A DNA stretch of 64,000 nt. Origin: Octopus bimaculoides (lineage: Eukaryota). The stretch is from contig NC_068987.1 of the NCBI RefSeq assembly GCF_001194135.2, positions 69,422,783 to 69,486,782 of the forward strand, written 5' to 3'. The position numbers and the translations under genes are program-made. Under the pieces are notes generated by a model, which was not told the DNA's origin, made no database searches, and saw nothing but the letters and a program-made list of their open reading frames with translations. The first letter of the stretch is position 1; each line of letters begins with the position of its first letter. Below are positions 54,994 to 64,000 of the stretch, piece by piece.

Positions 54994-55209
54994 TACTCTT
55001 TACTCTTTTACTTGTTTCAGTCATTTGACTGCGGCCTTGCTGGAGCATTGCCTTTAGTCGAGCAAAACGACCCCAAGACTTATTCTTTGTAAGCCTAGTA
55101 TTTATTCTATCGGTCTCTTTTGCCGAACCGCTAAGTTACGGGGACGTAAACACACCAGCATCGGTTGTCAAGCGATGTTGGGGGGGACAAAACTTACCAC
55201 ACAGCCACT

Positions 55210-55211
<2 letters not shown>
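54994..55211 (-). mobile_element. SINE family A copy with a large internal deletion
   Basis: 3' body nearly identical to 17840-18020, joined directly to ACTTACCACACAGCCACTCC (first 20 or so nt of the head). Confidence 0.92.

Positions 55212-55265
<54 letters not shown>
55212..55265. repeat. (TA)n microsatellite
   Basis: Direct tandem units. Confidence 0.97.
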
Positions 55266-55267
<2 letters not shown>

Positions 55268-55934
55268 CTGGTGAAGTGAACGCCGGTGTATAAATTTTCC
55301 GTGGGTTTCTCGCCATACGACTAGAAACCCTATAAACCGGCCTTTACCAGTCATAAATATAGACTGCTCTACTTCTTAGAGTGTGCTTCTTCGGATTTAA
55401 GTTTTTCTAAATAAACGATATATATAACAGGATGTTGCTTTGCTAGTTTTTAACCGCAGACCGTAGCCCATCGGATATTTTATCAACGCAATGTAGCTAT
55501 AACTATTCATTGTACATTTATGACTACATTTTCCATTATGCCCATCCTTTGAGAGAAAGTTTGGTATATTTTAGGGAACAGTTAGCTGCTATTTTACGCA
55601 AAGCTTCCTTGCTTGACTTGGATAGGTATCGAGATGTCTGTAGACAAGTGCCTGTACATGAACGTTTGTAGGAATAATTTGATTTCCTGAAACAAAGAGA
55701 AACTATGGTAAAGTCAGATGCGTATATAGAAAACACACACGTGTGTGCGTGTATGTGTATGTGTGTGTATATATATGTATATATATACATATATATATAT
55801 ATCCATATATATATTATTCTGACGATGTTTGTTAAATGGAACGAGATAAATGTTTGTATGTATGTATATATACATATACATATCTATATATGTATACATG
55901 TATCTATAGATATATGTGTATATATGTATGTATA

Positions 55935-56008
<74 letters not shown>

Positions 56009-56572
56009 GAACCACCACTCTTTCCAATATCATTAGATATGTACACAGGCAGAGAAATAAAGTCTTAAAGAAAAACGTATATAAAGGTGGGAAAGAGCGA
56101 CAGTGAGCGAATGAGTGAGTGAGTGAGTGAAAGAGTAAAAGAAAGAGAGAGAAACAGGTTAAGACAGGCGGAAAGATTGAGAAACAAAGAGTGTTGGCTA
56201 GAAATGTAGTCAAAGACAGAATGGCGTAGGAAACAAGTTGAAAGGGATAAATGAAATAGCCAAAAAAGACCTAAGACTATCAATCGTCTTGAAATAAATG
56301 TGTCACCTGGGGAAATGTAAACTTGTTAAGGGACATGTTTTTCCTCATAGGAATCAATGAATGGAAAGTGTGCTTTTGCAATACCATTCCTCGTTCTCTC
56401 ACCTTCGCCCAAATCTTTCTATTTTTTTTCTTCTCTTAAAATACTTTCCTATTTCTTCAAACTTTATTTTAACGTTATATTTTATTTGTTTCTCACAACT
56501 GCTATGTCCGCCATCTTTCTCTATATCTCTCTCTCTTAATTTTCTCATATCTTCTATTTCAGTTTATTTCAA

Positions 56573-56613
<41 letters not shown>

Positions 56614-57047
56614 NNNNNNNNNNNNNNNNNNNNNNNNNNNNNNNNNNNNNNNNNNNNNNNNNNNNNNNNNNNNNNNNNNNNNNNNNNNNNNNNNNNNNNN
56701 NNNNNNNNNNNNNNNNNNNNNNNNNNNNNNNNNNNNNNNNNNNNNNNNNNNNNNNNNNNNNNNNNNNNNNNNNNNNNNNNNNNNNNNNNNNNNNNNNNNN
56801 NNNNNNNNNNNNNNNNNNNNNNNNNNNNNNNNNNNNNNNNNNNNNNNNNNNNNNNNNNNNNNNNNNNNNNNNNNNNNNNNNNNNNNNNNNNNNNNNNNNN
56901 NNNNNNNNNNNNNNNNNNNNNNNNNAGAGTGAGAGAGCGGGCTTTAAATTCTATAGTTCTTTCTTACTTTGTTGCTTTCCCTCTAACATAGTCTCTGCCT
57001 ACACACTGTCTATACATTTATATTTACTATGTCATTGCCAATCTCTT

Positions 57048-57095
<48 letters not shown>

Positions 57096-57790
57096 TCTAT
57101 TTATCTATTGATATCTCTCTTTCAATGGTATCTCTGTTCTGTGTTCCACTTCCTTCTCTTACATTTTCGACTTCCCCCGTACCATGCAGAAACATCAGTA
57201 CAAATTACTGAGCTAAAGTCTGACTGACATACAAATTAACAAGACAGGCGAGCTACGCACATAGACAAACGAATAAGCTCCAAGAGAGCGTGACGTGGCT
57301 TCTAGTCCGACAGAGAAACACTGCAAGATACAGAAAAACTTTAGAAGCTTGCCAAGCCGATGCAATTACTGAAAGAATCCTAACCAGTGACGTTCTTTGC
57401 TTAATAAGGCCTTCACCATTTTTATTTCCCAAAGGCCAAACTTTAATCGTGTGTCTCCATTTTATGCACAACACACAAAGACAACACAAAAATATTACAA
57501 GATGCAAACAACAAAAGTACACATAGAAGTGAAGCTCTTATTTAATTGTTATATTTCGTCTTTGTTTTGTCTTTTCTCTTTCTTTCATTTTTGGTTCTCT
57601 TTTATGTATTTTTTTTCATCTGTATTCTTCTGAAGGATTGCCTACCACTGAAAGAGTATTTAATAATTACTTCATCTATTTGTGCTCATGTTCGAAGTTT
57701 GCTGGCTTTACAAAAGATATTTAAAAAAAAAATCTTCTAAAAACAAGGAAGATCCTCGGATATTTGTACAAACTTGCATATACAAGCGAT

Positions 57791-58170
57791 CGGACGACCT
57801 AGTAACACGTACACCACTGAATACATAAACTTAATGCATAAGTACAGATACGCCGATATATGTACATACATACCTATATATATGTGTGTGTTCGTGTATA
57901 TATATATAAATATATATACATGCATGTATATGAGTGTCCATGTATATGCATTCAAGTTTAACTACATATTCACGTATGCGTCCATACGTATGCATAATTA
58001 CTTACATAAGTATGTGTATGTATATATGTATATATNNNNNNNNNNCGGACGACCTAGTAACACGTACACCACTGAATACATAAACTTAATGCATAAGTAC
58101 AGATACGCCGATATATGTACATACATACCTATATATATGTGTGTGTTCGTGTATATATATATAAATATAT
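57791..58170 (+). repeat. Direct duplication of about 125 bp flanking a 10-N gap
   Basis: 57791-57915 is identical to 58046-58170. Confidence 0.9.
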
Positions 58171-58788
58171 TTATGTGTATGTGTGTGTATGTATGTGCAT
58201 GCACACAGACGCACGCTCAAACATGCACGCGCACACATGCACACAGACCTGTTGACAAAGAGAGGTATACGTGCAACGGTCACAAAGGAGCATAAGTTAA
58301 TATATGCGTCTAAATGCAGGAATTAAGAAGGGATTTTCCTTTGCCAATATTTATTATTGGTCCAATAAGTACATATGCATACACAAAACTGCATGATGAA
58401 ATCCTAAGTCCGAAAAAATAAAGGATTTGATTAACAACTCATTGCTTCTGAGTTCATATACTTGGTATATATTCATTCCTGCCTGTTGTCAAGCGTAGAA
58501 AATTTCAAACTACCTAATATTAAGCCACTCGGAGAAAGCTCAGCGAATTGTCGGTGAAAGCAACTTTGATAGATGAGACTGTTGCAAACTTAAAAAATAG
58601 GCTTGTATTCCTTCTTCTTAGATCTACTGTAGATAACCCAAACAATCAAGAGAAATTCGTACAGGTACGTATGTATGCATCTATTCATATGTCTACCTTT
58701 ATTGGTACGTATGTATACATGTGTGACTATACCTTTGTGATTTTGCATTGCTGCGTATGTGAGCGGTTTTGTGAGTGTGTATGTATGT

Positions 58789-58854
<66 letters not shown>

Positions 58855-59629
58855 GTGTGTGTGTGTGTGTGCGCACACACACACACACGTACGTACCGAC
58901 ACGAGTACACACACGCGTACACATATACAAGCCTAATTATATAGGTAAAGTATATGATTAGCAAGCGTAGATAATATATGTACTTTTTGATGAAATTTAT
59001 CCACGGTCACTCTGTGCCAGTAGTTGGTAGGAAAGAATACCCACCGTCACCGCATGTACTGATATGGCTATTCATTAAATTATTTGAGCCTAATTACATT
59101 CGTCTTAGCCAGGGAAGCCAGCACTCCTGATTAGTCGAAAGTAACTAGGCGAATATCATCGAAAGTTTATGCAGTTTGATCCGTGTTCAAATCTTCTGCG
59201 TGGAATCTTGAAAAATTATTAGGAAAACTTCGCGTCCACCGAAGCTCTATGGAAGACAATAAGTGATAACACACTAATTCAGCCTCGGGATTATTTTAAG
59301 TGAACATGTGTTTGCGTCAACTGAGGCACTTAATACATAACACTCGAATNNNNNNNNNNATATATCTGTCTGTCTCTCACAGTCTTTCTTTCCATATGGA
59401 TGTGAAATTTTGTAATTTATTGCTAAGTAAAGCTATTTGCCTGAGGACCACCTATGTTACTACTGTTGATACCATCAACTTTAAGTTTTATCCACAGATG
59501 ATGTATTAACAGTAGTGACATCTTATTTCAAATCTTAGTGCTTGAATGTTTTGCTTATATATATATATATATATACACCGGAGTAAGCACATAAAATATT
59601 TCTAACAAAACTGTCCGATTAACGGGAAC

Positions 59630-61117
59630 ATGAAACTCCGAGTAACAGTCAGTTTCATTTCTGTATTTCTTGTCCATAGAGAGAGAGCCGGACTCTAACA
59701 TAGATTCAAGGCTCCTTCATTGGAACTTTTATCAACATCATCTAGGTATTTGTGCATATGTGTGTGTGTGTGCAGTATTTGGTGTTAGTGTATGCGCAGA
59801 TTTGTATGTTTGTTTTATGGATGCGTTTTTATGTCTAGATGCATGCATATGTATTTATGTGCTAAATTTTTGGAAAGTTTTACATATTTTACAGTTCCAT
59901 TGATGGCTTGAATCTGTAGTCTTCTAATCAGCCTTTTTCTTTCAGGTTTTGAGAACCCTAGTTTTTCCAGGTTTTTGTTGAGGCAGTTCGTTACATATCC
60001 CAATGCCCCAACAATCACGGGTATGAATCTGAACTTGTAGTCTGGGTGGAGTATCTGTAAATTCCTCAGNNNNNNNNNNNNNNNNNNNNNNNNNNNNNNN
60101 NNNNNNNNNNNNNNNNNNNNNNNNNNNNNNNNNNNNNNNNNNNNNNNNNNNNNNNNNNNNNNNNNNNNNNNNNNNNNNNNNNNNNNNNNNNNNNNNNNNN
60201 NNNNNNNNNNNNNNNNNNNNNNNNNNNNNNNNNNNNNNNNNNNNNNNNNNNNNNNNNNNNNNNNNNNNNNNNNNNNNNNNNNNNNNNNNNNNNNNNNNNN
60301 NNNNNNNNNNNNNNNNNNNNNNNNNNNNNNNNNNNNNNNNNNNNNNNNNNNNNNNNNNNNNNNNNNNNNNNNNNNNNNNNNNNNNNNNNNNNNNNNNNNN
60401 NNNNNNNNNNNNNNNNNNNNNNNNNNNNNNNNNNNNNNNNNNNNNNNNNNNNNNNNNNNNNNNNNNNNNNNNNNNNNNNNNNNNNNNNNNNNNNNNNNNN
60501 NNNNNNNNNNNNNNNNNNNNNNNNNNNNNNNNNNNNNNNNNNNNNNNNNNNNNNNNNNNNNNNNNNNNNNNNNNNNNNNNNNNNNNNNNNNNNNNNNNNN
60601 NNNNNNNNNNNNNNNNNNNNNNNNNNNNNNNNNNNNNNNNNNNNNNNNNNNNNNNNNNNNNNNNNNNNNNNNNNNNNNNNNNNNNNNNNNNNNNNNNNNN
60701 NNNNNNNNNNNNNNNNNNNNNNNNNNNNNNNNNNNNNNNNNNNNNNNNNNNNNNNNNNNNNNNNNNNNNNNNNNNNNNNNNNNNNNNNNNNNNNNNNNNN
60801 NNNNNNNNNNNNNNNNNNNNNNNNNNNNNNNNNNNNNNNNNNNNNNNNNNNNNNNNNNNTTGGTTGAAATTACAGAAATACGACAACTTTAACATGGAAT
60901 AATTTATGGATTTCTTTTTTTTTTAAGAAGACTAAGAGAAAAAGATGTTTTATATGACACATTCTACCAGTGTTCCAAGTTTCAAAGTGTTTCATTAATG
61001 AAAAATGTGGCCCCCGTTTTAAAAAAGATCCGTAGACTGTCCCAGATTACTATATCCGGTCTATTATGTCTGCACTTTATTGAGGTTTTTATTGGGACAT
61101 TCCACCAATACTCTTTC

Positions 61118-61118
<1 letters not shown>
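59630..61118 (-). mobile_element. RLE-type (R4/Dong-like) non-LTR retrotransposon 3' end, interrupted
   Basis: 61118-61038 encodes YWWNVPIKTSIKCRHNRPDIVIWD (PD-(D/E)xK restriction-like endonuclease start); 60069-59860 encodes LRNLQILHPDYKFRFIPVIVGALGYVT...LGF...LQIQAINGTVK, then frameshifted ICKTFQKF; 3' UTR end approximate. Confidence 0.85.
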
Positions 61119-61148
<30 letters not shown>

Positions 61149-61366
61149 TGTATGTATGTACGTACGTATATATGTATGCATGTATGTGTGTGTGTATACA
61201 TGTATACATATATAATGCGCATATATGTGCATATTCCTTGACTATATATATGTATATCATTCAGTTCCTTCGTTAAATGTTTGCTGCTGCTCATCAGTTG
61301 TCGAATCAAACTTTATGTGTGTTTCTGCGTAAGACTATGTTTTATATACACATACATACATATATG

Positions 61367-61407
<41 letters not shown>

Positions 61408-61726
61408 NNNNNNNNNNNNNNNNNNNNNNNNNNNNNNNNNNNNNNNNNNNNNNNNNNNNNNNNNNNNNNNNNNNNNNNNNNNNNNNNNNNNNNNNNNNNN
61501 NNNNNNNNNNNNNNNNNNNNNNNNNNNNNNNNNNNNNNNNNNNNNNNNNNNNNNNNNNNNNNNNNNNNNNNNNNNNNNNNNNNNNNNNNNNNNNNNNNNN
61601 NNNNNNNNNNNNNNNNNNNNNNNNNNNNNNNNNNNNNNNNNNNNNNNNNNNNNNNNNNNNNNNNNNNNNNNNNNNNNNNNNNNNNNNNNNNNNNNNNNNN
61701 NNNNNNNNNNNNNNNNNNNNNNNNNN

Positions 61727-61776
<50 letters not shown>

Positions 61777-62744
61777 TCATATACATATGAATGTATGCAT
61801 GTAAGAAGAAATATGTAATGAATATGCATATATGTACATTGACATACATAAGTGCGTGTGACTATGTGTCCACACATGTATGTATGCATGTGAGTGTACA
61901 CACATGTATATTTGCAATTATGGAGATGATTGCATGCATGATCTGTATGTCTTTACTTAAGCATGCTTACGCATACACATGTTTGCATGTCTATTAACTA
62001 CGTATATGCAGACATTGCATGCCAGACTCCATAGCGCAGTAATTTCCTAATTACTCGTGTCCTTTCTGGTTTTGTAAATTTCAGCTTCTCAAGGTTGAGC
62101 ATGAGACAACTTGTTACAAATACGTGTGCCTAATAATTAGAGTAATAAATCTAAAACTACACAGAACTTGTGAAGTGATGGAATGTTTTTCATTAGTTCT
62201 CTATACAGGTTTTAGTTTCCACTAAATTTATAAATTTATGTTAACATTTCCTGTGCATTGAATTCTACTAACGTGCGAATTTTTTTTTCTTGTCTTACAA
62301 CAGTATATATGTTCTGCTCATCTTTCTCTGAGATATAGATTATAATACGCCACCATTTTATTTTTCATCGTATTGTAAGACATTTATTTTGTCCTTCACA
62401 TCAGTGTAAATTTTTATACGTATAGCTTCAGAACACTCTTTCTTTAGATAGCTGTGTACAATCATCTAATCATGACGTAATGATTTGATACATTTTATCA
62501 AGGTGCCGTTTGAGGATATCAATTAAAGATATGTGTGAAATATTTAGAGTTAATTCCCCAGCTATCTGCATCCGTCGTCGAATTATGTTTATCCTCACGT
62601 CTTTTGTGTATTAAGAAATCCTTGCTTTTGTCTTAACCTTCACTTGTAAAAATATAACCTTCAATATATGTATGAGCTGTAGGGATATTCACACACTAAT
62701 TATGCAATTATAAACACCCACACATACACCTACACATGCATATG

Positions 62745-62795
<51 letters not shown>

Positions 62796-62805
62796 CTGTG
62801 TCTGT

Positions 62806-62855
<50 letters not shown>
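62745..62855. repeat. (TA)n(TG)n(AG)n compound microsatellite
   Basis: Direct tandem units. Confidence 0.95.
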
Positions 62856-62861
<6 letters not shown>

Positions 62862-64000
62862 AGCGAAAAAAGAAGGAGATTAACTTGATAGAGAATGGAT
62901 AAATTCTATGGCGTAAAATAATCTGAAGTAATTTTAAGAAATCCTAAATTTAATCACTGCTGGAGAAACTGTGTTGAAATACAAAATTAGAGATAATTTT
63001 GATAGCTATGAAATGATTAAGAAGGTAGGCTTCAGATTAATGAAATTGTGTTACAGCTCCAAGTGAGAGTATCAGAAACAAGTGGGAGATGGAATTAGAC
63101 TGACGGAGAAAGAATGTGAAAGAGTGGTATCAAACTGAACAGCTTGCAAGACTTCTTCCATTTTCCCGGACCATAAACCTAATACATTATGTCCACTTAC
63201 GTTTTAACTTGTCATTTTTTGTAACTCAAAATATATTGAAATTCCGGCAAATATGAAAATATACGTATTGCATGAAGAGATAAATTCTCACATAGCCAAA
63301 TAAACATATAAACACAGAGCAATAAATACATAGAAATATGTTCATACATATACAAACACATACACATACATGCATACATAAATACATACATACATACATA
63401 CATACATACATACATACATACATTCATGTATGTATATATATATANNNNNNNNNNNNNNNNNNNNNNNNNNNNNNNNNNNNNNNNNNNNNNNNNNNNNNNN
63501 NNNNNNNNNNNNNNNNNNNNNNNNNNNNNNNNNNNNNNNNNNNNNNNNNNNNNNNNNNNNNNNNNNNNNNNNNNNNNNNNNNNNNNNNNNNNNNNNNNNN
63601 NNNNNNNNNNNNNNNNNNNNNNNNNNNNNNNNNNNNNNNNNNNNNNNNNNNNNNNNNNNNNNNNNNNNNNNNNNNNNNNNNNNNNNNNNNNNNNNNNNNN
63701 TATATATATATATATATATGTATATCTTTCCTTTCCTGAGGTCCAATAACACTGTACTTATTCCACGTCCTCACATTGTTTTTTCGTGTTTTTATAATAT
63801 TACATATAAAGATAAGACAAGTACTTTCATCGTTACCGCAATCTTCAGGTTTACAAAGAAGCTGATTTGACCGACAGTTATGTTTGGTAACTGATAACTG
63901 TCCGAATGTACGTGTATATCTGTGCTCGTGTTCGTCTGAGAGAGAGCGCGAGAGAGAGAAGAGATTGTGTAGTTTTAGAATGTCACTAGAATGAAATCCC

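Noticed and set aside
56575-56940. (TC)n and (GA)n facing each other across a gap
   Set aside because: More likely a scaffolding or orientation artefact than a real palindrome; the gap content is unknown.
63810-63860. Minus-strand CTGAAGA...GAAAGTACTT hammerhead-like string
   Set aside because: Helices I and II do not form properly; likely chance.

Overview
AT-rich, microsatellite-saturated eukaryotic DNA from a fragmented draft assembly, with 19 N-gaps totalling about 4.1 kb, mostly flanked by (TA)n, (CA)n or (TC)n. The tRNA-derived SINE families and extreme simple-repeat density suggest a coleoid cephalopod, probably Octopus (inference). I recognise no intact protein-coding gene; most listed ORFs are microsatellite or gap artefacts, so the window looks intronic or intergenic. 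Supportable content: three tRNA-headed SINE families (about 14 copies or fragments), a decayed near-full-length mariner, relics of RTE-, CR1/L2- and RLE-type (R4/Dong-like) LINEs, and many compound microsatellites. The most interesting signals are RNA-structural: (i) an apparently complete type I hammerhead ribozyme at 54664-54734 with all conserved core nucleotides present and all three helices pairable; (ii) three degenerate minimal hammerhead motifs in a dispersed repeat; (iii) a 120-bp-arm foldback whose arm differences are strongly skewed to G/A; (iv) several isolated hairpins, two of pre-miRNA size. A few weak splice-site-bounded candidate exons are flagged as low-confidence leads only.
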